A stretch of DNA of 45,858 bases from Perkinsus chesapeaki ATCC PRA-425 (lineage: Eukaryota; Protista; Perkinsozoa), in the NCBI GenBank assembly GCA_013115145.1, contig JAAPAO010000261.1:1-45858 (forward strand). The letters are read 5' to 3'. A model generated the notes under the pieces. The model did no database searches. It was not told the DNA's origin and saw nothing but the letters and a program-made list of their open reading frames with translations. Shown piece by piece: positions 26,301 to 39,829 of the stretch (positions are counted from its first letter, which is position 1; each line of letters begins with the position of its first letter). Both the position numbers and the translations under genes were made by a program.

Positions 26301-29300
26301 TCCCTTTGAACACAGAACAAGGGCCACACTTGTAAAGGTATCCTTTCCCGCCGACTCCGGAAGTCGGGGAATCCTCGACCTCGAGCCATTCGTATTTCGT
26401 GATAAATGTGTTGATGCAGCTCATTAAGACTTTAATCAACTACCATGGTACTCTCAGGGAGCATCGTTGTGGAGTCGCCTGGTGCGACTCACCCCCCTCG
26501 TTTCCGAAAGTCTCTGCGCTACAAGCCTTGCGCATGCGTGCATCCCGCGTACAACTTAGCACGCAGGCCCAACATTGAACCACTATTAACTGAAGAATGC
26601 GATGCCAACATGCGAGAATACAACAACTCATCCACAAACTACACTTTCTAAGAAGTCGGATATTGTTGAAAATCCGGACGATGGCCTCCCTGAAATGCAA
26701 AAAAATCGGCCTGCCGGCCGATTTTTAGCCTTAACCGCCACACTGGTACTGAGTTACAGTGCGTTCGCGTTTGTTGGGCAAATTGAATATTCCGCCTGTA
26801 ATATGTATACCTTATACGAAGTATGTCACATGATATTTATTATCACTGTGATCACATAATGTCATAAATTCATATGAATTTACTTCTCTACTAACTATTT
26901 TCTGTGAGGATGGCAAGGTTCTTTTTCCTCAGGTTCGTCTTGCGTCCAAGCTGAGTAATTTCGACCAGCTGCTTGGATCACTTAAAGATCTTGGCAGCAT
27001 CCAGGCTGACATCGTTCAGGTAAGGGTGGTGGATGCCATGCTGTGGAAGATCTCCGCCGATAATTTCGTAATAAGCTTATTCGAGAGACATTGCAGTGGG
27101 TCGTAAGTCAATCTTATTGCGATGTTGAGATTTTGCCGAGAACTTCTTAGGACTTCTGCAAGCATTCCTAGGTTTCCTAAAGGCACGCTGTTTGATTGCG
27201 ATCTTTGAATACTACCCCTTCCCTGTTACATTGCTTGATTTCCCCTCTTTCCTTTCCAGGGCCGATCCACCGTATCGAACTGCCGAGCAGCCGTGAAAGA
27301 ATTACAGTCGGAGTGTCTGGATGCCGATTTCCAGCTTGCTAGGAATATTAGACGACGAGCCAGACTGAATAAGGTGAAGCAGCTGCTGTATTTGCTGGAG
27401 ACGATCGGACAGCTTTTTGTACGGGCTGCACCTTTCTAATACTAGTTTTCATCAACTTTTATTTGTATTGGAATCGGCCAACCTGTGGGGGACCCTATCC
27501 ACTAGTTGCCTCGCCCTCGGGAGATATGTATTATTGGTAGGTCTGTCGATTGTTGATGTGCATGCGTACAGTCGAAGAGGTTTACACTAATTTGGGTGGA
27601 GTCATCGAGAGCGGCGAATTCTTGGATGCTTTGGATTTGATTGATAAGGTGAGAAGTAATTAACGTATTATGAGTAACATATATGCAAGTGGCTATTGCC
27701 ATTGATTGGCTGACATATTATTATTTTATGTATGTTGTATTTTAAGGCTGCATATCGTACATTCTGCATTAAAGTCTGAGGTGCATATGGTGTAGCAGTC
27801 ATACTGCAGCTGTCCTCCGATAAGTTCGGGAGGAACCGATGCGCGAAAGTGTTCCGGCAAAATGGTCTTGTTTAGTACAGTGCCTATTTCGCGATAGTGT
27901 TTTTTTGTCACGATAGTGGTATACTTGGCATAGTAGCGACTGACCAGCATTCGGCCAATTACTGCCTATTTACTGAAGAGCTCAGCCCATAGAGCTGTAG
28001 GACAGTTAAACGTCTAGTTCTGGCGGGCACACTCTGCGCAACGTGCGTTTGCACTTAACATCGGTTACAGTCTGTAATCGACACCGTATACGAAGTACAC
28101 GCCGGACACGTAGCCTATAACACGCTTCTTTCAATTCAGTGGAAAGTCAGATTGGACGTTCGGTTATTATCGCTCCTTCCCCCATGTCTACAGGTCGGCA
28201 CAAGGCTGATCGCATCTTGCTAGCTCACGTGCTAGCTCCACCGCTCATTGGTTCTATCGAGTTGATAGACAACCTTAAGTCAACCTTTGGGGTGCATTCA
28301 CGCCATGCCCTCTCCCTCGTGTTGAGTCCATAATATTCCGTACACCACGTACACGAGTCTATTACTTCGGCACATTGCCGACTAACCAATGTCATACGCG
28401 AGAGCTACTTCTTTAGCGAGCACACGAAAACGTGGCTGTCCATTTGACGAATGCGTTGGTTTGCCAGTCAGGCCAATTATCGTAGTCGGTAGAGTTCAAC
28501 AATAAAGACTTTCGCACACCTAGAGTGCTTTCACCATCATAAAGGGCATTCCAGAGTTCCGCGAGCGCTTTTGAAAATCGGCTACTCGACAACGCAATTC
28601 GAATTTTTTCCACGAATTTTTGAAGCAAGCATCCAGATATCAGGGTCGAGGGATCCACCACCTTTTGACCAATTTCATGGCGCGCGAAAGAAGTTGCATT
28701 GTTATTGAATTGGCCGCGTCGCAGTCTTAGACGCCGGATCAGCGATCTCGTCGACTAGGTGGTTGTCAACCACTAGTTGATGTGAAGTTGACGGACATAC
28801 GTGGAAGTTGAACCGTGTCAAAGAGCGCTTTACGGTTGATGCCGGCAGCTGGCACCTCGTCACCAACTTTGTCAAGGCTCACCTCATACTTCAGCCATTT
28901 AAAGGGAAGAAATGAGGCTCTGAGGCTATAAACCAGCATCCCCGCCGGCCAGGTGTAGTTCACCAGTAGAAGGGGAGGATTTAGCGACTGTCACTATTAG
29001 TAACCGCTGCCGCCGTCAACCACCAGTAACTTACTAATATAAAGCCTGATATCTAACTACCAGAATTAGAACTTAAAGAGGCACTTTAGTAATATAAGAT
29101 ATCACCTCTTCACCATACTTCACCAAGCACAGTAGGAGTGACTCAATGTTGAATCAGGAGGTCAGTCCTCGGGATTCAGTTAGCCGAAATGTCCGAGGGA
29201 AAGTAAAAATTTCTGTTGCCAGAAGGCTCATATGTGTTTCTCACGACGTCCCTTCCTAGTTCCATTCTGTTCGATGAAACGGCCTTACGTGTATCATGAA

Positions 29301-32300
29301 GTTCTTGACTCTACGATAGGTCCGAAAATTACTGCAAGATGAATTGGGTGGCATCGCCGCCGTGAGGAGTATTCGGAAGTCCTTGGATGACAGCATCAAA
29401 GTGAGGCCTGAAATCGATCATGTGATCGATTTGATCATCCTTGCCAGGTTATCGATCGCACTATTGAGTCTGAATTTATCAGCCTGTGCAGCTCTGGCGT
29501 AGTTGTGGTTTTGGATTCATCAAAGACGTCGGTCGAACAAGCCCGAAAGGATCTCTCGGATCGATTGGAACGAGAGAAGGTTCTTGAAGCCATGAACAGG
29601 TGAGCATAGTAACTTCGATATGCTTCGTTTCAGCGATTTCACTTGCTCGAAGAAAAATATTTCGCGCTGAACATTATTGGGCCCTCACTAATCTTACATT
29701 AGTAGCTTGCAGCCTCATTATTCGACCTCGTAAATTCCGCTATTGCTCACTCCAGTGCGGAGTCGTCTGGCGCCCAAGGGTTACGAGCGAGAGGGAAAGA
29801 TGTGACATGATGGTTTTCCAAAAAGATAGAGTAAAGTACTGACACTTCTGAAATTGAAATATCACTCTTGGAAGATTCTGTCTGTGATAGTAATATTGGA
29901 GCCTGTGCGCCCACAATATCGTCGTGGTAAATCACGGAGGGCGTAATGTCATATAGGAGCATATCTTTACAGGACGACATGCCCCCAAAAATCAATATCA
30001 ATTACTCTGTCATTGTTGAGTGTTCATTCTTGTTTAGACGTCACCTGCTTTCCTCGATCATTCAAACTGATTTGCGAGATTCACTTCTTACAAGGGCCCG
30101 CAGGCTAGTGAAGAAAGTGGCACAGTTGTGCTCAGCGAGGCTCATTCAAGATAGTAACGACACATTGCCAATCCCCCGGTCCAGAGCGTATCTTAGGTCG
30201 GAAGGACACTAATGGGGTATCTAGCTCGGAAGATGCTCGAGGTGGCGGCGAGACCACGACGGACGCGGCTGGCAATTTGAGTGCGAGGGGAACTTATGTG
30301 AAGTGCTCGATTTGACGCCCATTTCAGAGTACCCGGCTTCGAGGAAATCTACAACCGGCAGGCTGGAGCGAGCGTTGGCGAAGTTGAGCTCCGAGCAGCT
30401 ATTGACACTGTGGGGCGAATTAATGGGCGCAGCGGTCAACGTCGCTCAAGGACTGCAGTGGTTTGATGAGCAAATGAAACCTTACTATGGCCAAGGTTAC
30501 GAACGACAGCGGACGAAACGTGACGAGCTTTCTCAGATGACGGCCGGAATAGTCTGCGGTATGAAGTTCAGAGAGTCGTTAACTCGGTGTTGCAAGCCGT
30601 ATTGGTGAGGTGAGAGTGGTCAGGCTCCTTTAGAACACTTGAGAGATTATGGGGCTCTGAGGAATGTTTTCGATCTAGGGTCGCTAGCTGATCTGACGAT
30701 TAGCGAGATTTGTGTTATTGCCTTCAAGAGTCGGGGACAGAGCGATTATACGCTTATTGCCTTTCTTATGTGTCTATTAGCGCCCCTCTGAAACAGTTCA
30801 ATTCCGAATAGCTCTCCCCGAGTTATAGAAAATCAGAGGTTGGATGTTGATTTGGAAACATTCATCAATTCTTTGATTGAGACTTTGGAGTTCAACAACA
30901 AGTTGCCTTCTCGCTCTACTTGCAACGAACAGTATGGTAACATTAATCGATTCGCATTTTAGCTCTACGCCTATTATCAGCGGTATCATCCAATATCTTG
31001 TTATTACGATAAATCCAACTTAACTCTCTATTATCTAGCATTGTTATTTCTACTCGCTTTTCTTCGAGATTTGTCGGAAAGATGTCTCTCTCAGATGTGG
31101 GCAAGTGCTCCAGTTGCGGCAGAACAAAAACAGTTTGATGTCTCCTGAGGACCTGAGCAAGCTGATCGCCATGTAAGGCTCGAAATGCTCGGCGACACTA
31201 TTAGTCTATCGCTTCAGAACATCCCGTACGTTAACCGAGAAAATCTCACCGTGCTTCGAAGCCTGGAAGGGCGGGCAATCTGGGGAGGCGCAGAAATCGG
31301 CTGGGGAAATGACGGGAGTGCCGGGAGGCTCGAATCTGTCGGCCATTGTGCTTCAGCAGGCGAAGCTTGCTGTTGAGGAGATCCACCAGGTGAAGTTACG
31401 CCAATCGATTTCGGTTAGGTCATTTTTAGGCCAACGTTGCACAAGCGAACCTTCTGCTGGAAAGAGAGAAATGGGAAAGATGCGACGTGCCGCAGAACTT
31501 CGACAATCGAGTGTTGAGCAAACTTATGCCGAGCAATAGTGACATCCATAGCGACATTGTTTCTGATGAGAGCCAGTCGAAGGAGACCGCAACCAGGGGA
31601 CGCCGGTATCTTGCTCTTCCTGAAGACCGCGGTTCGTTTTTGGTTGTCCCGGCCGGCCTTGGTATTCTCGAGTTGGTCGCCGTATATCTCGATGTAGCGC
31701 GCGCGCTGCCACAACTTGTCACTGATGTAGCGGTTCGACTGACGTCAATGTTGCGACTCGCTAATAGCCAAATTGAGAAGTTGCTGCTGGAAGGCCAGGC
31801 GGTTTCATCTGGCTCGAGGAAAACTGTGACGGCAACAAATCTTGCTCTAACTTACCAGACGATCGACATGCTTTCGAGTGTGCTGCCTCTAGTAGCGAAA
31901 ACGCTGGAGTCGATTTCAGGACCGGACGGCGGCCCAGGGATCCGGATAGTTTTAGAGGACATACTGTATCGTTTAACGGCTGAGATGTCGGAGCACAAAG
32001 CGAACTTGATGAGGAAGCTCGGAGATATACTGGTCGAGCGATTTGACCATCACTGCGCGAAATGGCTCTCAGCCGAGCGGGCTGGTCGGTGTAAAGACAG
32101 GAAAGGAGCGAATGAGAATGTGGTTAAGATAATAAATGACGTGAGCAGCATGCACAGAGTTCTGATGAAGTCATTATCACCGAAGTGCGTGGGATTGATA
32201 TTCTCAAGAGTCTTCGTAGACTTCAGTTCGCGCTTTGAAGTTCGGCTTGTAAAGGAGAAAAAGAAGGTTGATGATGCTGATATTCTTGGGTCATGGCGGA

Positions 32301-33157
32301 CAAGCATTCTCGCCGATTTGAGTCAAATTGTGATAAAGCTGAGGCCTATTGAGGATATCAAGGACAACATGGAAGCCAGCGTGAAGGAAATGCTTCAAGT
32401 GGTTGACAGGTGAGCAACTTCTTATCCATTCATCAACCTTGGGAGAGATATATTCCGGAAAAGAGCCTCCGGTATCAAGATCTTACTTGATAAGAAGTCT
32501 CGAAAATTTCCGTAAAGGTTGGATTTAACATCTTCCTGCGAATATCAGTGGACAGGGTGAAGGTACCTTTGTGATATTTTATTTTGATAAACTTATTAAG
32601 TTTGATAGCGTTTGAAATGTCTGTAGAGAGGCACAGCGCCTGACGAATAAAGATGAGATGTACAAGAGGGAAGATGTTATACTCACTCTTCCAGTGGAAA
32701 CTTTTCTCATCGACACTTGCCCGTTTTCAAAACGGTTGTTGATTCAATAATTTACGAGTGAATGAGGTTTATGCATATCTATACATAAACTTAGAAGTTC
32801 AAATATAAGTTTATGAATATCTACTGGGCCTATATTAGCATATATGGTTGGGCAGCACCCCCCGTGATACGCAATATCATGCTCCTACGACTGATGCTTT
32901 GTTCTGATTAGCCATTTCTGGCTTGCCAATAGAACGTAGAAAGGATCCTTCCTGTTACGCAGTCCCTGCCAATGCCACAAATTCGTCACTTTATTGTTCA
33001 TCCCACTTTTAGGATACTTCCTCCCGAAGAAGGCGGAGCCACATCAGCTGATTTATTGAAGTTACTGCAGCACACAAGCGAGCAAGCTGAAGTCGAGACT
33101 GACTCTGGCAAGAGTGAATCGAAGAGCCCTGATGAGTCTCTGAATGTCACTGAGTGA
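23301..33157 (+). CDS. VPS54: GARP complex subunit Vps54, multi-exon with large introns
   Basis: N-terminal QSLSSLVNAP, GVPEVYFDENYTL, QQLDTVE|VRLASKLSNF; C-terminal Vps54 domain (FLVVPAGLGILELVAVY...RLANSQIEKLLLEGQAV...KTVTATNLALTYQ). The donor after VVDR (~32410) splices in phase to a final exon at 33013-33157. Start codon tentative. Confidence 0.85.
25341..26439 (-). mobile_element. hAT-superfamily transposase relic (TTF-type zinc finger plus catalytic N-half) inside a Vps54 intron
   Basis: KYEWLEV...YKCGPCSVF...RLAEHAASH (ZnF_TTF-like); CDESTD, STDGASVM and HCLPHRLNL hAT motifs; frameshift near 26080, in-frame TGA at ~25920, 3' truncated. Confidence 0.9.
27726..28963 (-). pseudogene. Antisense coding fragments nested in a Vps54 intron
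   Basis: Open segments separated by a probable intron (WPAGMLVYSLRASFLPFKWLKYEVSLDKV...; VDPSTLISGCLLQKFVEKIRIAL...WPDWQTNAFVKW); the downstream part carries stops. Confidence 0.35.
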
Positions 33158-33775
33158 GATATCAGTTCGTGACAGCAGTTGTTAAGATATACTGTTTTCC
33201 TTTGCATCCTTCGATTGGCTCTGTTAACAATTTCTATGTAATAATTTCTCATCCTTCTAATCCTGGTTAAGTTGTCAGAAAACCTGGGTTTGATATGGGG
33301 ACACTACGGGAATCTTTCAGTAGCAGAGATGAGCTGCTGATGCTTGTACCCGGCGCCGTCACGCTTAAACTGCGAACACAGTCAACTTGCTGGAGTCAAG
33401 TGTTGCATCACTTTGCGAAGCTGAAACTCATCGTTCGGTTGATGTTTTCTCGAGGAACAGAAAATTTCTTTGTTCTTGGAGAACCTCAGTCAAGGGAATT
33501 TCTCGATTGAGCTTACAGTTAATTAATGGTCCAAACTCCCATATAAGTTGGCGAGGCTAGATGCCAACAAATTCACTGATTTACCTCGTCGTTATACTCC
33601 ACTTGTCGACTCGTTTACCTAGTTACCTCGTAATGGAGAATTTGTGAATTCTTTATGACCTCAGTGTTAGGACTAATCACTTGAGGCGCTGGGAACGTTC
33701 CTTAGCCTTCCCTTGCCTTGGTTCCTAAGAGAAACGCTGATATTACAAAGACTTGTTTGAAAGGCAACTAAGTAA

Positions 33776-36614
33776 ATGTTAAGCGAAGTCGACCTTCGTT
33801 TCGGCTCATCACGGGACAGCAGTGCCAACAGTGAGCAGGGTATACTACTACGGCAAAGCGACCAAGGCGTTACTGTGAAACCTGAGCCGGGGTTTGTGGT
33901 TAAGACTCGAGATCGAAAGACAAGGGAGAAGATATTTGTTAATTTAACGGGCTCAGAGTGAGTGGGAGCTCCTTGTTCGTTTGCACATGAAGGCGCACAT
34001 AATTATGAAACCAGTTTTGCCCGTTCAAGATTACATGACACTACTATTACGGAAGTGTTAAGGAATAACGTTATCACCAATTCGGTAGCAGTGCAAGGAC
34101 CCAAGGAGTGGCACGAGCGGGCTTGTTGTACTGCTCAACCTGGTTATTGGACAATCTCATCGGACCTGAGAGCGCATCCCGCCCTTTTCGTGGAGACATT
34201 GACTGTGCATGCAGCCGGCGCAACTTGTGCGTTCACCATTGGCAATAACTTAGGACGTGAAATTTGTGGGATGAAAGCGTATGGAGTGGACCAAGGCCTT
34301 TGAAACCTCCACAGCTGGACCTCAACCGTCCTAAATACCTGTCATTATATATATTGCCGGTTACAGAACCTTGACAATAAATCATACGCTGGGGTTCAGA
34401 TACGTCGAGGCGCCTCATGTGAAATCATTCCTAGACCAAACAGAACAGCAACAAGGCATACGAGTTCCAATGAGCATAGGGGAAAAGCGCAGCGATATCG
34501 ATAGAAAAGGCGGCAGTTGCATAGTGTGAGTCAATGCGCAGTATCTTAGGTTGTAGCGTGCTCTTAGAGTTGATGTCGTGTTCAACCCAGAGGTTCTGAC
34601 TAGGGCAATGAATGGGAAGCAAGGAGTAGAATATAAGTGAGTTTCAGCTGTGAGTGAAAGATATAACGGGAAGCTCAGACAAACAATATGCCAACTTGCA
34701 TTATCTGGGATTGGACGAAAATACGGTATGGATTCATTGGACATGGAAAATTTTGTTCTCCCAAAAATGCGATATAAAGGTGAGTGGAATTTACTGAGCA
34801 AGTTACTAGAGTGCATCAAAAATACGAGATATTCCTTCGATCATCGTATGGTGTATCGGGTCTAAGCATCGCAGAGCTCGCTGGGGTCAAAGCTCTTGAG
34901 TGTGTATGATCCTCCTGCCTCTGTACCGACTCACCGCATTGCTGTAGACAAACACACAATATATGTCACGCATGGTGGAGGCGTGCAAGGTAGTCTATTG
35001 CCTCGAGAAATTTTGTCTTTTCTCTCTTTTCTCGGAGAAAAGCTCGACGACCTGACCTCAGGGGCTGCCGTACCGCAGCAACGTATAAAGCTTAAGAACG
35101 AATCGGCAATAACCGAAGTAGCGTCAGAAAATAATGAAGACAAGGTTCTCCAAGACAGCGAAGACACATTACCCCTTCCACAATTCACCATGTTCTATCA
35201 CAACACTTATACTGGGTGATATATAATGTTGCCTAATTTCGGTTAAACCGCGAGTAGGGTATCATTTGACGGTTTTGATCTGGCCATATATAGAACGGGA
35301 CGACACTCGCTTCGAGAGAATCTTAAAAGGAGATTGTTCAAACGACGAGCTGACGAAGAAGATACCTACGAGTAAGTTACTACTTGGTAGTAGAGATCGT
35401 GGAAAAATAAAGTCAAGTTTGAAACGTGGAACACAGTTTTGCCTGACAATACTGAACAAAATGGCTTTGACGTCATATTGATGTTTATGTCATGTTTAGC
35501 GGTTGAATGGCGTAACGTTACGTTACGTGAAGAGTTTTCTTGATGCGAAAACTTTCATTTTTAATTCACCCGAAAACAAATAATGTAAATCATAACCTGT
35601 GGGTCAGAGAGGGAGAGATGAAATTCGGCAATAGAAGGATTGCTGGAGCTGTTGTACTCTTGGTCTGGGATATACAACCTATCTCTAAGACTTGCAGAAA
35701 GGCACAAACGATTCAAAGTAAATGGAAGGAATTCTTTGACAGAATTAGTCATTTAAATCAACCACAGAGATTCTTTCACAATTCACCCAATTACTATCGC
35801 TTTTGCAGGCTTCCATTGTCTGTTATTGACGATGGCGTTGCGGACTCCGACGCAAGTGGCTTCACTCAAAGTGTCGGCGGTTGCTCGTCGGTTGCTGTTC
35901 CGGTCGACGATCCGCTTCAACCTTTACAGGGAACTGTATGCGAGATTAAGGTAAGTGCCTTAGCCCAATTCTTCACTGTCAAGTTGGTAACTTGCGATCT
36001 CTTTGGTGCAGCAACCCTTTAGTCTCTAGTCTCACCAGATTCCAGGATAGGGTCTCGGGTGGTACGATCCAAATCGGTGAGGTCTCCGCGGTGATGGAAA
36101 TCGGTCATATCTCATCAACGTGAAGATGAATCTCTTATAAGCAGCATCGTTCGTATAATGAATATTCCTATAATATTGGCGATAGATATGTCTCTACTTG
36201 CAAGTAGAAGTCGCAAACTTGACTGTGATCAAATCGCCTACCTTCGACATTCCTCTCATGGATGAGCTCTCCCAGTTGCACAATAAGAATCGTCAGGTGA
36301 AGCTGTCGGGAGTTGTCTCCGCCTCCCATATCGACGTTGAGGCTTCCGACGAGTGCTTACGCATTCGACACAGCCCACCATTTAGTGGTCATAAAAAATA
36401 CCGCACCTTGATCATCTGGTTCCCAATCCGCTTTGCTGGAGGCGTCCGTAAGTGCGCTTTCGATGGCGAGCTTCTGAAGGTAGGTTACCGTTCTGACACT
36501 AGGGCTTTTTTGGGACTCCAGATTGAGGTCGGTGTCGACAAAGCCTTACCGGAGCCTGTATTGGAGTGCGACACTGATGAGAATGATGATGAGGATCATG
36601 ACAACTTGCTCTGA
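33776..36614 (+). CDS. PIH1-domain protein with C-terminal CS-like domain (R2TP / axonemal dynein assembly family)
   Basis: VTVKPEPGFVVKT...KIFVNL, RVPMSIGEKRSDIDRKGGSCI, DVVFNPE, ICQLALSGIGRKY...PKMRYKG; C-terminal VKLSGVVSASHIDVEASDECLRI...FDGELLKV. Confidence 0.85.
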
Positions 36615-36696
36615 GGCATTACTATGATACTTGTATTTTTTGCGATCGATTTTGTCGCGCACCGCGGAGGATATTTTTGCTGGACGAACTTCTGTT

Positions 36697-39600
36697 ATGG
36701 CTTCGACTACGCCTCTTACTGGGCTTGAGCTGGTCGGTCACCGGACTGCTGAAGATCATGATGGAGGGTTTAACTTTAGGAAGAATAACAACGACAACCG
36801 ACTACGATGGCGACAGGTGACTTAATTCCTTGCATGTCTTGCTTCGGTCGCAAAGGCTGCGATATGTAGTTGAATGCTGAAGTGAGCATTAGCTGGATAC
36901 AAGCTCTTAGCACCGAAGCAATTGAGCCCATCAATTTCACAGTGTCTACTTTGATTCATTTCCATACTTGGAAGGTGTTCTCGTCAGGTATGCCGGCCAG
37001 AACTAGTTGATAGTATATTATCTAAAGGAGATGTTGGGAGGCTTCAAGATGTCCTGGAGGAGATTGCCTTTGCTCATGTAAGTCCCCCTTCAGCTTGACC
37101 GACACCTACTTCCCCCCGGAGCACGTCACGTACGAGACAACCTCACTTTCGCAGAGCATGGCTCTTGAATTGCGTCATTGATCGTCTTTCCTTTGGAATG
37201 TTCAGTGCCCGTCACTGTCCAATCCGGCATCGGCTGAGTGATCTTGTCGTCGAAGCCAGATAGTCTGGCCCATATCCGCTGCCCAGTTAGTCGACGCGCT
37301 ACGAGACGCTACTGAAACTCGACAATGCAGTTGATCGGCGATACGATATTGAGAGTAGAAACTGCTACAACTGGTGTGGCGCTAAGACCCAGCCGAGAGA
37401 ACTCGGTATTTATAGGATTATTGCAATTATAGTAACTAGTTGGAGAATAATTAGGGCATAATTTTTATTTATTTTTATTTTTTTTTCATCGTCTTCAGGT
37501 ATCTCTAGATGATCTGCAAACAGTTGGTGATGCCCAGATTCTTGCTCTCATACGCCTCCTTCAACTGGGTCTGGAATTCACCCTTTCGATGTACAGCCAG
37601 ACACATCAACTAACTGAGCAGATGATGGGGAGGGTCTCCGAGCTCACGGCCACTAAGAAGAAACTAAAAGCCAAATTGATTGCAAATATGAATGATAACC
37701 ATCCTACTGTACCACGAGGAGTGCCATGCGGAGATTGCGGCAAGCGCTTCGAGGATGGCCACTACCTGACAGACCATGTGAAGCGACGTCACGCCGTCAT
37801 ACAGCCTTCAGAAAATGTAAACGAAAAGGAGAATACCGTACAGTAGGATGCCACCGTGACTGTGTGATTTTATAGGGAATGCACATTAGGCCGCGACAAG
37901 AGGTCGCCGATGAAGGACTTCTTGCCTGTTTCACCGAGTTAAGCTCAAAGATAGACGAGTTTATGAAGAAGCAGGAGCCAATGGTGAGCTTACCGAAGAT
38001 AGTCACTGGCTATTGGTCAAATGAAAATGACAGCAGGTTACGGCGGCAGCGCTGCCAGTCATGCCCGACTCCGAAGCTTTGGTGAATACTTTGGTGACCG
38101 AATCTCGCAAGCATGTTGCTAATATGAGAGAGGAGCTCGAAATGTGTGTGAAGGAGGTAAGTGCGATCTGGCTAGATTACGGAAAAGTTCCTGTTTGAAG
38201 TACTCAGAAAAACTTGCACTCTCAGAGTGGTGTCGAATTTTGATAGCTCAAAACGGATAAAGTGTTTTTTACCAATATCACGCGACTAAGGGCTCGAAAC
38301 ACATTTTTCGTTTTGGACGATTCAAATCGGGCACACTGTAAACTGGTTGAAAGAATTTATGCATTGAATTTTGTAAATACAACATAAAGCCATTGAAATG
38401 ATGACCATTGATACATTTACATCTTGGAAATGGCCAACTGCTCTTAGATGGTATCAGAAAAGATGCGCTGCAATCTTAGCGATATAGCCGAAGAAATCGA
38501 TAGGAAGCTTGGCGCGCTGGATGAGCGGTGCGACTCACAGTGCGGCTCGTGAGTTATGTGCTGGTCTTCAGGCAGAAGTCGGCAACTATAAAGCATGAAG
38601 AATGGATTGCCGCTAATCTTCAACGAGCCGTTTCAAAAGCCGTTACGTTCTGCCAAGTGAAACAAGAAGATACAGAAACCTTTGCTGGTGAGTTGGAAGA
38701 TGATGATTATGATAATGGTGACTGCGTACGAGATGAAGAATGTCCAGACGAGCTCGTTGCTGTCCCGTATTGTGTGCAAGACGGTGACGATAGTCGAGCG
38801 GCTGTAGAAGTTGAGATCGAGCAGCTAAGAAGACAAAGAGAAGCCGACGAGCTGATGAGGCGGATGAGCACCGAGCGACGAGAAAGCATCATTGCCGAGA
38901 TGCAAGATATGTTCAAGTCCGTGGTGAGCGATTGTGTGGTCGGCAAGATGCTCTTGGAGAACTCCACCCCGAAGCTTACGGCTGATGCGAGCTGTCAGCC
39001 TTCGCCTAACTTAGCTGGCACTCCTGAAGACAGCGCGGTCGGTGAAAACGCTGCGCCAAGCCCAGAGGAGCTCGTTAGGGTTGTTAAAGCCGTTCGAGAA
39101 AGTATAACTGTGCAAGCACCCTGCGAGCAAGAGGAGGAGCGTGTTGAAGAAGCTCCAATGGCAACGACGGAGATCCTACGAGAAAACGATTCTCTGGAAG
39201 TTGATGAGCATTGCAGTCAGGAGTCCGCTGGTCTTCGAGAGACGCCGGAGGCATCACTTGAGCCGTCAGATGAAGAAAGCTCCATAACTTCCACCCGGGT
39301 TCAATCCGCTGTGATGGCGCTTCAACCTTCAGTTGGCCTTCGCAGCGTGATAGAATCCTTGCCTACTAGTGAGCGTGTTGCGATTCTGGTTCAAGGATCG
39401 ATGGAAGGTTTACTGCGTGGAGGCTCAGCTACATTGCCAAGTCGATACCAATTGTCGAGCCCTCGAGCAGCAGTTGTTGATGGGTTGTTCACGGCTAGTC
39501 TGTCGAGGCTGCATAGTGGTAGAGCAGAGCTTGTCGAGGATGAGCTTCATGAGAATGAGAATGCCACTGAAGATGACGAAGAAACTAGCCAGGTCGTCGA

Positions 39601-39829
39601 CGATCCCTCAGAAATATCCTCACAGGAGGAGTCGGATGTCCTGCCCCTACATCAAGTCGTAGCTGAAAGAAAACCGTACGCCAGTGGTGCCGTAGATGCG
39701 GAAGCTGTCTGCAATTCGATCGAGGTAGCTGAGCCAACCACAGGAGATCGTGGTCATTTTAGACCAGCTGACTCCGCTGGAACTCGAACTGAGTGTTTTA
39801 GCTCCCCTGGTGAAGCCCCGCAGAGCTGA
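36697..39829 (+). CDS. DZIP1/DZIP1L (Iguana)-like protein: Dzip-like N domain, C2H2 finger, long acidic/coiled-coil tail
   Basis: FNFRK...RLRWRQ, GDVGRLQDVLEEIAF, ILALIRLLQLGLEF, C2H2 finger CGDCGKRFEDGHYLTDHVKRRH; 433-codon terminal exon. Confidence 0.8.

Noticed and set aside
31487-32413. Treating the 308-aa ORF as a stand-alone gene ending at 32413
   Set aside because: It is an internal Vps54 exon; the TGA lies in a GTGAG donor that splices in phase to 33013.
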